DNA from: an uncultured Alphaproteobacteria bacterium
GTDB taxonomy: Bacteria; Pseudomonadota; Alphaproteobacteria; Rhizobiales; Hyphomicrobiaceae
DNA length: 64,000 nt
Assembly (NCBI GenBank): GCA_963847865.1
Contig: CAWKBL010000012.1
Span: 967,411-1,031,410 of the forward strand
Direction: 5' to 3'
In this document: piece by piece, positions 19,913 to 29,480 of the stretch
How the letters are laid out: the number at the start of each line of letters is the position of its first letter
Position numbering within the stretch: the stretch's first letter is position 1
Position numbers and translations under genes: made by a program
The notes under the pieces: generated by a model
What the model was told of the DNA's origin: nothing
Databases searched by the model: none
Seen by the model: the letters and a program-made list of their open reading frames with translations, nothing else

Positions 19913-21386
19913 TCATTGTGTGTATGCCGTGCATTTGGTTTCGGGCCTGTCGAGGCCCAGCGTGTCGAGCTCGGTGAACTGATGCAGGAAGCCCGGCTGC
20001 GGCGAGACGCTCACGAGAAGCTTCGGCGTGGCGACGAGCACGGGCTGGCGCAGCTGGCCGTTCCAGTTGCGCACGGAAAGGCCCACGCCCTTGAAGGCGG
20101 CGATCTCGAACTTGGGCGACCTCATGTAGGCGACGAGATCCTGATAGGCGGGTGTCTTGGAGCGCGATGCGGCCTCGCCCACCATGCGCGCGGCCATCCA
20201 CGCGTTGTAGTCCTTGGGAAGCATGGTGCGGTCCGCCATGCGCTTGAAGCGGTTCTGGAACTGCGTGCCGCCCCACAGCTCGATCGCCGGGTGCCAGCTC
20301 GAGGGGACGAGGCCCGCAGTGCCCGCGACGGGCCGTGCATCCCAGGTCCGGTAGGGCAGGTAGTCGCCGAACAGGTTGCCCTCATCGGCAACGACGAGCA
20401 CGTCGTAGTCGGGCGCGTTTTGCGTGAAGGTGGGGATCTGCTGCTGTATCTGCTCATAGCCGCCGTCGGAGCGCCGGCTGCCAGGCTGATACTGGAAGGT
20501 CCGCTCCTCGACGATCTTTGCCCCGAAGCGCTTGGCGGCGCGCCGCAGCGCATCGGCGAAGAGCTTGTCGTTCTCCTGGGGGCCAAGCACGAGGAACCAG
20601 CGGTTCCACTTCTTCCATATGAGGTATTGGGCGAGCGCATCGGCCAGCATCGTTCGCGTGGGCGCGGTGTGCATGACGTGAGGGCGGCAATCCTCCTCGC
20701 GCAGGCGATCGTCGGCCGCGCCGTAGTTGATGATCTGCGCCTCCTTGCCGGCAAGCGCATCGGCGAGCTTCAACAGCGTCTGCGGGCCTACGTCGGCAAG
20801 GATGAAGTGGGCGCCGGCGTCGACCTTCTGCACGACATCCTTGATGAGCGTGTCCGGGTTTGCCGCCTCGACGACGTCGAGTTTGAACTGTTGGTTCATG
20901 AAGCGGCCGGTCGTGTTGTTGTCCTTGATTGCGAGCTTGGCGCCGGCGATGCCGAGGTCGGCGGGCGGAAGGTCGAGCAGGGATATCGGGAGTGGCTCGT
21001 CGCGCTGCTCGCGCGCGAGCACGATCGGGATGACGACCATGTCCTTGCCGGTGGCGCCGGCTTCGGGTTGGGCCGCTGCCGCGGGGGCGGCCCGTCCTGC
21101 GGTCGGTTCCGTTGCGGGCGCTGCTGGAGCTTGCGCTGCCGGCGCAGGAGCGGTTTGCTCCGCGGGCGCAGGAGGAGTTTGCGCCGCCGGCGCAGGAGGA
21201 GCTTGGGTCGCGGGTGCAGCCGGTGTCTCCTGGGCCTCCTGGGCTCCTGGCGCTCAAAGCTCCAGCGGAGAGCGCCAACGCCACCAGCAACATCATCGCC
21301 AGAGCGCCGCGCGCGGCTGTCGCCCTCGTGCCGATGCGCGATATCAACGACTGTGCGCCTGCTGCCATCAAGACCGCTTCTCCCAT
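19913..21386 (-). CDS. ABC transporter substrate-binding protein (PQQ-dependent catabolism-associated) with N-terminal Ala/Pro-rich repeat linker; start approximate, one frameshift in the linker
   Basis: Type I periplasmic binding fold (375 aa core) preceded by the signal-peptide-like stretch MMLLVALALSAGALSA and an APAPAAQTPPAPAEQTAPAPAAQ linker. Confidence 0.75.
21128..21212. repeat. about 24-bp imperfect tandem repeats (x3) encoding Ala/Pro/Gln-rich linker of the binding protein
   Basis: gcgcaggagcggtttgctcc / gcgcaggaggagtttgcgcc / gcgcaggaggagcttgggtc. Confidence 0.6.
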
Positions 21387-21648
21387 CCTCGGCGCTTCGT
21401 TCTTCCGACGAGCGCACGGTTGCTCAAGTTCGTTCCCGAGCGATGTGTTACTATGTTGCGGTAAAAGGGTATTCAGGGGGCGTCTTGTCAAGGTCTACCG
21501 GGATTACTCGCGGACTTGTGACCTAGCCCGGCGCGGCTATCGGCAACAAGCCCCTTGCAAATCGACCCCCGATCGGCACACGTAACCTCATAACATTTAA
21601 ACACCCCAAGACCCCGCAAGAGGGGCCGCGTGCTCTAGAGGAAACCTC

Positions 21649-22209
21649 TTGAATCTTGACCGTATCTCCGCCTTGGCTCTGGCGTTCATGCTCGTCCCGG
21701 CGGCCGCCTTGGCAGGACAGCCGAAAGCCGTCATCTTCCCCTTCGGTCTCATCGATCAGCAGCAGCAGTTCGAGATCGGGATAATGCCCCAGGGCATTGA
21801 TCCCGAGGAGAAACGGCGGCTGGGGGTCATTACCGAAGAGCTAACCAAGCTCATCAAGGAAAGCGGCCGCTACGAGGTCGTGGATTCGGCGCCGATCGCG
21901 GCGGAGATCGAAGAGAAGTCTCCCATGTACAAGTGCAACGGCTGCGAGGATGACCTTGCCAAAAAGGTCGGCGCGGACATCGCGTTCATCGGCACCGTGC
22001 GCAAGGCATCCGACGTGCTGTTCACGGTGAGTGTCTATATCCGCGACGTCTCCAAGCAGAAGGTGACGAAGCAGGGGTCCGGCGAGATCTACGGCAACAC
22101 CGACGCCATGTGGACGCGCGGGGTTCGCTATGCGGTGGAGCGGCGACTTTTCGCGGAAAAGGCCGGCACGACCGCCAAAGAAGAGCCGGCGAAGGGAGCC
22201 TTGCAATGA
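21649..22209 (+). CDS. hypothetical secreted protein (DUF2380/DUF3280-like)
   Basis: Signal peptide; CNGCEDD motif; 186 aa. Confidence 0.5.
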   Translation: MNLDRISALALAFMLVPAAALAGQPKAVIFPFGLIDQQQQFEIGIMPQGIDPEEKRRLGVITEELTKLIKESGRYEVVDSAPIAAEIEEKSPMYKCNGCEDDLAKKVGADIAFIGTVRKASDVLFTVSVYIRDVSKQKVTKQGSGEIYGNTDAMWTRGVRYAVERRLFAEKAGTTAKEEPAKGALQ

Positions 22210-23192
22210 TCGATCGCCGCCGCGTGCTGCTGGCCGGCGGAGCCGCTCTTGCGAGCCTCGGGTTCGCCGTGCCGGCGCGCGCCGCACTGGGCACGCTGCG
22301 CGTGGCATCGTTGAAGTTCGGCTCATTGGGTTGGGTGCTCGAGACGATCCGCGCCGAAGGGATTGCCGACAAGTTGGGCTTGAAGCTCGATATCATCGAC
22401 GTGGCGACGAACCAGGCGGGGCCCGTTGCGCTCCTGTCGGGTGACGCCGACGTCATCGTCAGCGATTGGCCGTGGGCGCTGCGCCAGCGCGCGCTGGGCG
22501 AGCACGTGAAATTCGCCCCCTATTCGTCCGCGCTCGGTGCGGTGATGGTGCCCAAGGACTCCCCGATCGCGCGCCTCGCCGACCTCGAAGGCAAGAAGCT
22601 CGGCGTTGCCGGCGGCGCCATCGACAAGAGCTGGCTGCTGCTGCGGGCCTATTCGCGCAAGACGATCGGCAAGGATCTGGACAAGGCGGCAGAGCCCGTA
22701 TTTGGCGCAGCGCCGCTGCTCACCGAGGAGATGCGCAGCGGGCGCCTCGACGCTGTGCTCAACTTCTGGACCTATTCGGCCCGCCTGGCGGGCGCCGGCT
22801 ATCGCAAGCTGATCGGCATGGACGAGGTCTTGAAGGCGCTCGATATCGATCCGGTGCCCTCGCTCGTCGGCTTCATCTGGCGCGAGTCGACGCAGAAGAA
22901 GAAGGGCCCCGAGATCGCCGCGTTCCTCGATGCCGTCGCGGCGGCGAATGCGATCCTGGCCAAGTCCGACAGCGCGTGGGAGCGGGTACGCGGGCTCGTG
23001 AAGCCCGCCGACGACGCCGAGTTCGCCGCTATCAAGGCCTTTTATCGCGAGGGAATTCCGCCGCCGTGGTCGGAGGCGGACACTCGCTCCGCCGAGAAGC
23101 TAACTCAGGTGCTCACGAGCGCCGGCGCTGCCGAGCTCATGGGCGGGAACACCCAGTTCGATCCGAAGCTCTTCCATGCTGCAGGCAGTTAA
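22206..23192 (+). CDS. ABC transporter substrate-binding protein, NMT1/aliphatic sulfonate (TauA/SsuA)-like
   Basis: Twin-arginine-like signal MIDRRRVLLAGGAALASLGFAVPARA; ATGA overlap with previous gene. Confidence 0.75.
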   Translation: MIDRRRVLLAGGAALASLGFAVPARAALGTLRVASLKFGSLGWVLETIRAEGIADKLGLKLDIIDVATNQAGPVALLSGDADVIVSDWPWALRQRALGEHVKFAPYSSALGAVMVPKDSPIARLADLEGKKLGVAGGAIDKSWLLLRAYSRKTIGKDLDKAAEPVFGAAPLLTEEMRSGRLDAVLNFWTYSARLAGAGYRKLIGMDEVLKALDIDPVPSLVGFIWRESTQKKKGPEIAAFLDAVAAANAILAKSDSAWERVRGLVKPADDAEFAAIKAFYREGIPPPWSEADTRSAEKLTQVLTSAGAAELMGGNTQFDPKLFHAAGS

Positions 23193-23955
23193 GGCGCCGG
23201 CGCAACGCATCAGGCTCGGGCGTGTCGGCTGGTCTCTCGTCTCGCTGCTGGCTCTGGTGGCGATTTGGGAGATCGCGGCGCTCATTGCGGAAAGCCGCTA
23301 TCTTCCGGGCCCTTGGGCTGTCGCTCTCGTCATGGTGCGCGAGGCGCAGGCCGGCGAGCTGTGGGGCAATATCGGGGCAACGCTGACACGCGTTGCCTTC
23401 AGCTTCGTCGTCGCGATGTTCATCGGCTCGGCCATCGGCCTCGCCCTGGGGCGCAATCCCGCCGCTGACCGGTTCTTCGATGCCTGGCTGATCTTCTTTC
23501 TCAACCTGCCGGCACTCGTCATCATCGTGCTCTGCTACATCTGGTTCGGGCTCACCGAGGTTGCGGCGGTGACGGCTGTCGCCGTCAACAAGATCCCCAA
23601 CGTCGCCGTGACCATGCGCGAGGGCACGCGCCATCTGTCCAAGGATCTGGAGGAGATGGCGCAAATCTACCACCTCGGGTGGTGGAAGACGCTGCGCCAC
23701 GTCACGATCCCGCAGCTTGCGCCCTATTTTGCCGCCGCCGCGCGCTCCGGTCTGGCGCTCGTCTGGAAGATCGTGCTGGTCGTCGAGGCGTTCGGACGCT
23801 CCGACGGCGTCGGGCATCAGCTCAACATCGCATTCCAGCTGTTCGACGTGCCGATGATCCTCGCTTACGCACTGGCCTTCATCATCGTGGTCCAGATCAT
23901 CGAGATCGCGATCTTGCAGCCGCTCATCGCGAGGGCGAACAAATGGCGCCGCTGA
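23176..23955 (+). CDS. ABC transporter permease (TauC/SsuC-like)
   Basis: 6 TM, EAA-like loop; overlaps neighbours. Confidence 0.85.
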   Translation: MLQAVKAPAQRIRLGRVGWSLVSLLALVAIWEIAALIAESRYLPGPWAVALVMVREAQAGELWGNIGATLTRVAFSFVVAMFIGSAIGLALGRNPAADRFFDAWLIFFLNLPALVIIVLCYIWFGLTEVAAVTAVAVNKIPNVAVTMREGTRHLSKDLEEMAQIYHLGWWKTLRHVTIPQLAPYFAAAARSGLALVWKIVLVVEAFGRSDGVGHQLNIAFQLFDVPMILAYALAFIIVVQIIEIAILQPLIARANKWRR

Positions 23956-24674
23956 CGCATCCGCTCGCCGTCTGCGTGCACAGCAAGATTTTCCCCGCGG
24001 TGGGGATGCGCGGCGATATCCAAGTGCTGAGGAACGTCTCGTTCGATGTCGAGCCGGGGTCGTTCGTGGTGATCACGGGGCCGTCGGGTTGCGGCAAGTC
24101 CACGCTGCTCAATATCATCGCCGGGCTCGATAAGGATTTCGAGGGAAGCATCGATTTCGGCGAAGGCGGCGAGCAGCGCATCGCCTACGTGTTCCAGTCG
24201 CCGCGACTGCTTCCGTGGCGCACGGTGTATGAGAATATCGCGCTGGCGCTTCCCAAGGGCGATCCCCGTCTCGCAAACATCCCCGAGCTCCTGGAGCGCG
24301 TGGGGCTGACGGAGGCGGCGTCCGCCTACCCGGAAATGATCTCACTCGGCATGCAGCGCCGCGCCGCCCTTGCGCGCGCCTTCGTGCTCGAGCCGGAGTT
24401 TCTGCTGATGGACGAGCCGTTCGTGTCGCTCGACGACCCCACCGCGCAGGATTTGCGCGAGCTGCTGGTCGAGCTGTGGTCGCGCCGACCGACGACGGTG
24501 CTGTTCGTGACGCATGATCGGTCCGAGGCCGTGATGCTGGCGACCCGCATCTTGCGCCTCTCCGGCGGCTCTGCGAGTATCGTGGAGGACATCCCGGTAA
24601 CGCTGTCCATCGCTGATCGGTCCGACCGCACCAAGGTGCACGCCGAGCAGCAGCGGATCTTCGGCGATAAATAG
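23942..24674 (+). CDS. ABC transporter ATP-binding protein (TauB/SsuB-like)
   Basis: Walker A GPSGCGKST, LSLGMQRRAALARA signature, Walker B LLMDEPF. Confidence 0.85.
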
Positions 24675-24681
24675 CTTCTAA

Positions 24682-25455
24682 ATGCAACAAACCTCCAGAC
24701 CGGTGAGCTTTCTCGCCAGCGTGACGGACGAGAGCGAGGCACGCCTGTGCGTGGCGCTGGGCGCCGACGTGATCGACGCCAAGAACCCGGCAGAAGGGGC
24801 GCTCGGCGCCCTGCCGCTGGAGACCGTGCGCGCGATCCGCGCCAATGTGCCAGCGCATGTGCCCGTCAGCGCGACCATCGGCGATCCGGCGAGTGATCCC
24901 GAGGCGACGGTTGATGCGGTGTTCCGCGTTGCGGCGACCGGTATCGACATCGTCAAGGTGGGTCTCAGCCCGGAAAGCTGCCCCGAACTCACCTTGCGCC
25001 GATTGAGCCGCCTGGCGCGGGGGCCCGCGCGCCTCGTCGCCGTGCTGCTGGCCGACCGGGGGATCGATCTCGCGTTGATCGGGGCGGCGCGGGACGCTGG
25101 CTTTGCGGGCGTGATGCTCGACACCGGCGACAAGCGCAAGGGCGCGCTGCCCGGGCTCGTGTCCGGCGAAGTCCTGCGCGAGTTCGTCGAGACCGCGCAC
25201 GATGCGCGGCTTTTCGCGGGCTTCGCGGGCTCGCTCAGCGCCGGCGATATCGCGTACCTGACGGCCTTCGGGCCCGACCTGCTCGGCTTCCGGGGCGGCC
25301 TTTGTCGCGACGGGGAACGCAATGGCGCGCTGCATGCCGACGCCGTTCGCGCCGTTCGCCGCGCCATCCCGAAGCTGGAGGCGGCCTCAATCGTTCCTTG
25401 CCGCGCGACGCTCCATGATGGTATTGCGCGCCAACAACGGGAACGCGCGCTGTGA
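24682..25455 (+). CDS. mfnB: (5-formylfuran-3-yl)methyl phosphate synthase, DUF556 (methanofuran/methylofuran biosynthesis MfnB-like)
   Basis: GADVIDAKNPAEGALGA, MLDTGDKRKG and AGSL motifs parallel archaeal MfnB. Confidence 0.7.
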   Translation: MQQTSRPVSFLASVTDESEARLCVALGADVIDAKNPAEGALGALPLETVRAIRANVPAHVPVSATIGDPASDPEATVDAVFRVAATGIDIVKVGLSPESCPELTLRRLSRLARGPARLVAVLLADRGIDLALIGAARDAGFAGVMLDTGDKRKGALPGLVSGEVLREFVETAHDARLFAGFAGSLSAGDIAYLTAFGPDLLGFRGGLCRDGERNGALHADAVRAVRRAIPKLEAASIVPCRATLHDGIARQQRERAL

Positions 25456-25895
25456 GCGACCAAAACATCGGCGGCAGACTAGGGGCCCAGAGCCGGCACA
25501 CGCCCGACGTGCGCGACCGCATCTTCGTGCGCGGGCTCGTGCTCCCCGTGGCGCTCGGCGTCTATGACGAGGAGCAGGGCGTCACCCAGAAAGTGAGCTT
25601 CACGATCGAGGCCGCAGTTGGCTTGAGCGTCGCGCCCAAGGGCGACGCCATCGCCGAAGTGCCGTCCTACGATGACCTCGTCGGCGCGGTGCGGGCGACC
25701 ATTGCGGCCGGTCATATCAACCTCGTCGAGACGCTTGCCGAGCGCATCGCCGAGCGGTGCTTGGCGGACGAGCGGATCGTCACGGTGCTCGTGCGCGTAG
25801 AGAAACTCGAGAGAGGACCGGCCTCCGTCGGAGTCGAAATCGTTCGTCCGCGGATGGCGGTACCGGCCGGTGAGCTACCGCACCTCAAACGATAA
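25452..25895 (+). CDS. dihydroneopterin aldolase family protein (H4MPT biosynthesis)
   Basis: 147 aa FolB-like; context in pterin cluster. Confidence 0.65.
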   Translation: MSDQNIGGRLGAQSRHTPDVRDRIFVRGLVLPVALGVYDEEQGVTQKVSFTIEAAVGLSVAPKGDAIAEVPSYDDLVGAVRATIAAGHINLVETLAERIAERCLADERIVTVLVRVEKLERGPASVGVEIVRPRMAVPAGELPHLKR

Positions 25896-26574
25896 CGCCC
25901 GATCGCGGCGACCGACCGTGGTCAAGCTCGGCGGCAGTCTCGCCGAGAGCATGCGGCTCGGCGCCATCCTGGAGATCGTGGCGGCCGCGCGCCAGCCGAT
26001 CGTGATTGTTCCAGGCGGTGGCGCGTTCGCCGACGCCGTGCGCCGCGCGCAGGCGGACTTCGGATTTTCCGATGCGGCCGCCCACCGCATGGCGCTGCTC
26101 GCCATGCACCAGACCGGCTTGATGCTGGCAGCACTCCATCCCCGCCTCAAGCCCGTGGAGACCCTTGCCGCTTTGAAGGGCGCGCTTGCGGGCACGCCGA
26201 TCCCGGTTTGGCTGCCGCTCAAGCTCGCGCAGAACGACCGGCGCATAGCTGCCGATTGGTCGACGACATCGGATGGGCTCGCCGCGCGGCTCGCCGAGCG
26301 CCTCGACCGCGCGCCCGTCGTGCTCGTGAAGTCGTGCCGCATCAAACGCGGCAGCTCGCTTGCCGCGCTCGCCCGCGAAGGCGTCGTTGATGCAACCTTC
26401 AAGGTGGTCGTGGAGCGCTCAGGCCTGGCGTGGCGGGTTCTCGGTGCCGGCGATGAGGGCGAACTGGCGGCGCTGCTGAGTGCGCGCACCCTCAACGCCC
26501 AGCCGCGCCGCACCGGGCCGCGCGATGCTTGTCGACGCGCCGGTCCGGCCCGTGCTATCGCGCGACGCAGATGA
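25870..26574 (+). CDS. amino acid kinase family protein (possible MfnE-like furan-methyl phosphate kinase); 3' end uncertain
   Basis: VVKLGGSL...IVIVPGGGAFAD carbamate/aspartokinase-type N-lobe. Confidence 0.55.
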   Translation: MSYRTSNDNARSRRPTVVKLGGSLAESMRLGAILEIVAAARQPIVIVPGGGAFADAVRRAQADFGFSDAAAHRMALLAMHQTGLMLAALHPRLKPVETLAALKGALAGTPIPVWLPLKLAQNDRRIAADWSTTSDGLAARLAERLDRAPVVLVKSCRIKRGSSLAALAREGVVDATFKVVVERSGLAWRVLGAGDEGELAALLSARTLNAQPRRTGPRDACRRAGPARAIARRR

Positions 26575-26671
26575 AATGGACGATGTCGAACTCCCGCGCT
26601 TGCCTTGGGCTCGCGGGCACGATCGTGGTCGAATGCACAGCGATTAAGGGCGCGGTCGAGGCACGGCTCAC

Positions 26672-28114
26672 ATGGCGCAAAAACTTCTCTTCCTGACCGG
26701 ACGGCTTGCCGAGCCGCGCCTGAAGGACACCGTCGCCGGCATGGGGCTGCCTGACGGCTCCTGGCACATCACCAACATCGGCGTGAAGGTCGCGGCCCTG
26801 ATGACGGAAGCGATCGTGCGCAACCGGCTCAAGGAGCCGCTCGACGCGACCCGTGTGATCGTGCCGGGGCGGGTGCGCATGGATCTTGCGAGCCTCGGCA
26901 AGCACTATGGCGTTCCCTTCGAGCGCGGGCCCGACGAGATCATCGATCTGCCGCAGTACTTCGGCAAGGACGGCACGCCACCGGATCTGTCGCGCTACGA
27001 CATGCGCATCTTCGCCGAGATCGTCGATGCGCCGACGTTCCCTGTTGCAAAGCTTTTGGAGCGCGGTCTCGAGCTGAAGGCCAAGGGCGCCGACGTCATC
27101 GACATCGGCTGCCAGCCCGACGTTCCGTTTCCGCATCTAGAAGAGGCGATCGCGGCCCTGTCGCGCGCCGGCCTGACGGTCAGCGTCGATTCAGGCGATG
27201 TCGCGGAGCTGGCTCGCGGGGCCAAGGCGGGCGCTGACTTCGTGCTGAGCCTCGATGAGACCAATCTCGACGCCATCGCGGGAACGCGCGCGGTGCCGAT
27301 CCTTCTCGCCAAGCCGCACGGCGATCTTCAATCGCTGCTGCGCGCGATTGACCGCGCTCAGGAGCTGGGGCTTCCCCATATTGCCGATCCCGTTCTCGAC
27401 CCCATCCATTTCGGATTCACGGCCTCGCTGGAGCGCTATGCGGCGCTGCGGCGCGCGCGTCCCGACGTCGAGATCCTGATGGGCACGGGAAATCTCACCG
27501 AGCTGACCGACGTCGACAGCCAGGGCATGACGGCGGCGCTGCTCGGCATATGCTCCGAGCTCAAGATCCGCAACGTGCTCGTCGTCCAGGTCTCGGCCCA
27601 CACGCGCCGCACGGTCGAGGAGCACGACGCCGCGCGCCGCGTCATGTATCGCGCGCGCGCCGATAAGAGCTTCCCCAAGGGCTACGGCGGCGGGCTCCTG
27701 TCGCTGCACGACCTGCGCCCCTATCCGCAAACGCCCGAGCAGATCGCGGAAACCGCAAGCGCGGTCCGCGATCAGAACTATCGCATCGAGGTCGGCGAGG
27801 ACGGCATCCACATCTACAACCGCGACGGTCACCACGTTTCGGGCGACGCATTCGAGCTGTTCGGCAAGCTCGGCGTCGAGACCGACGGCGCGCATGCCTT
27901 CTACCTCGGCTACGAGCTGGCGAAAGCGGAGATCGCGCGCGCTTTGGCAAAACGCTATACCCAGGACGGCGGCTTCGACTGGGGCGTCGCCGCCGACCGC
28001 AAGGCGGAGGATCTGACGCGCCACGCGCCCGAGGGCGCGACGCTCAAGGCCGCGCGCAAGGAGAAGACGGATGGTGCGCATCGTCGAAACGATCGTGACG
28101 ACGACGAACGCTGA
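26672..28114 (+). CDS. dihydropteroate synthase-like pterin-binding protein (H4MPT biosynthesis, MJ0301 type) with C-terminal extension
   Basis: Pterin-binding TIM-barrel region (DVIDIGCQ...); 480 aa. Confidence 0.65.
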   Translation: MAQKLLFLTGRLAEPRLKDTVAGMGLPDGSWHITNIGVKVAALMTEAIVRNRLKEPLDATRVIVPGRVRMDLASLGKHYGVPFERGPDEIIDLPQYFGKDGTPPDLSRYDMRIFAEIVDAPTFPVAKLLERGLELKAKGADVIDIGCQPDVPFPHLEEAIAALSRAGLTVSVDSGDVAELARGAKAGADFVLSLDETNLDAIAGTRAVPILLAKPHGDLQSLLRAIDRAQELGLPHIADPVLDPIHFGFTASLERYAALRRARPDVEILMGTGNLTELTDVDSQGMTAALLGICSELKIRNVLVVQVSAHTRRTVEEHDAARRVMYRARADKSFPKGYGGGLLSLHDLRPYPQTPEQIAETASAVRDQNYRIEVGEDGIHIYNRDGHHVSGDAFELFGKLGVETDGAHAFYLGYELAKAEIARALAKRYTQDGGFDWGVAADRKAEDLTRHAPEGATLKAARKEKTDGAHRRNDRDDDER

Positions 28115-28646
28115 GGGTGAAGCGCACATCGCGCCGCTGGGGCTGATCGCTGCGGGCGAGCATTGGGTCATCGCCCCGTTCCGCCCCTCGCGCACGCTCG
28201 AAAATCTGCGCGCCGTTCCCTTTGCGGTGGCGTCCCACACCGATGACGTGCGCGTCTACGCCGGCTGCCTGACGGGGCGCAAGAGCTGGCCGACGCGGCC
28301 CGCCGGCAAGATCCCCGGCGTCGTTCTTTCCGATGCGGTGTCGCACTGGGAGCTCGCCGTCGACCACGTGGACGAGGACGATGTGCGCCCCCGCTTTGTC
28401 TGCCGCCTCGTGCACGAAGGCAATCACCGGCCCTGGGAAGGCTTCAACCGCGCGCAAAGCGCCGTGCTGGAGTGCGCGGTGCTGGTGTCGCGACTGAAGA
28501 TGCTGCCGCCGGAAAAGATCGAAGCCGAGCTAAGCTATCTCGAGATCGCCATTGCCAAGACGGCCGGTCCGCGCGAAGCGGAGGCCTGGGGCTGGCTGAT
28601 GGAGCGCATCGCTGCCTGGCGGGCGGAGCAGGCGCAAAGTAGCTGA
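28071..28646 (+). CDS. DUF447 family protein (flavin-binding split-barrel-like; H4MPT biosynthesis-associated)
   Basis: 191 aa; conserved neighbour of DHPS-like gene in methylotroph pterin clusters. Confidence 0.65.
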   Translation: MVRIVETIVTTTNAEGEAHIAPLGLIAAGEHWVIAPFRPSRTLENLRAVPFAVASHTDDVRVYAGCLTGRKSWPTRPAGKIPGVVLSDAVSHWELAVDHVDEDDVRPRFVCRLVHEGNHRPWEGFNRAQSAVLECAVLVSRLKMLPPEKIEAELSYLEIAIAKTAGPREAEAWGWLMERIAAWRAEQAQSS

Positions 28647-28680
28647 TCGCACCCGGGCGGGCATCGCCCGGTCGCCGCTA

Positions 28681-29480
28681 TTACTGCGAAACCGTCGTGA
28701 CTTGCGCGCGGGGCACGGCGCCGGCCTGCTTGGCGGGCTCGGCTGGATACTGGGCGCGCTTCGTGCGTGCCACCTCGCTCTGCAACGCATCCGCCAGCAT
28801 GCTGCCGAGGCAGCCGTAGGTCAGGTCGTTGGGGTGGAACAGATCGGAAGCCAGAAGCTGCTGCACGGTGAACTGCGCGCTCGTCACCAGATGCTTCATG
28901 ATGGCGAAGCGCTGCAGGATCGGAATTTTGCGCGCGTCGGCGATCTGGCGCATGGCCACGAGATAGCGCGCGAAGTCGCGGTTTTTCTCGGCGCGGGGGA
29001 AATACTGCATGTCGAGCAGCACCACGTCGATGCCCTTGCTCCGCATCGTGTCGATGCCGCGCAGAACCGTCTCCCGGAACTGGGCGAGATCCTTGTGCCG
29101 CATCGCGTCGTTCACGCCCGTTTGCCAGATGACGAGCGTGGGGCGGCGCTTCAGCACGTCCTGGTCGAGGCGGGCAAGCATATCGGAGGCGAGCTGCCCG
29201 CCGACGCCGAGGTTGTCGACGGTGATCCTGCTCGCGGGAAAGCGGCGCTGCAGCTCGGCTTGCAGCTTGACGGGATAGCTGGCCTTGGGGCTGCTGGCAC
29301 CGATGCCCTGGGTGCTTGAGGAGCCGAGCGCCACGATGCGCACCGGCTTCTTCGCGGCGAGGTCGGCCGACAGGTGGGGAAGCGGGGCCTCGAAGTGCAG
29401 GAGGCTTGCGGGCGCTTGGCAGAGCGGGCGGGCATCAGCCGACGAAGTGAACGTCGTCACACACGCTGAAGTTGCGAGCG
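28681..29480 (-). CDS. SGNH/GDSL hydrolase family protein; start uncertain (track ORF overlaps next gene)
   Basis: GSSST block I and GVNDA-like blocks. Confidence 0.65.

Noticed and set aside
18870-20276. 468-aa track ORF for the beta-propeller gene
   Set aside because: The true start is at 19853, where a signal peptide and an AGGAGG RBS are found. The upstream 140 codons are out-of-context read-through.
19904-21526. 540-aa plus-strand ORF
   Set aside because: It lies antisense to the ABC binding-protein gene. Its Arg/Gly-rich translation has no recognisable domains.
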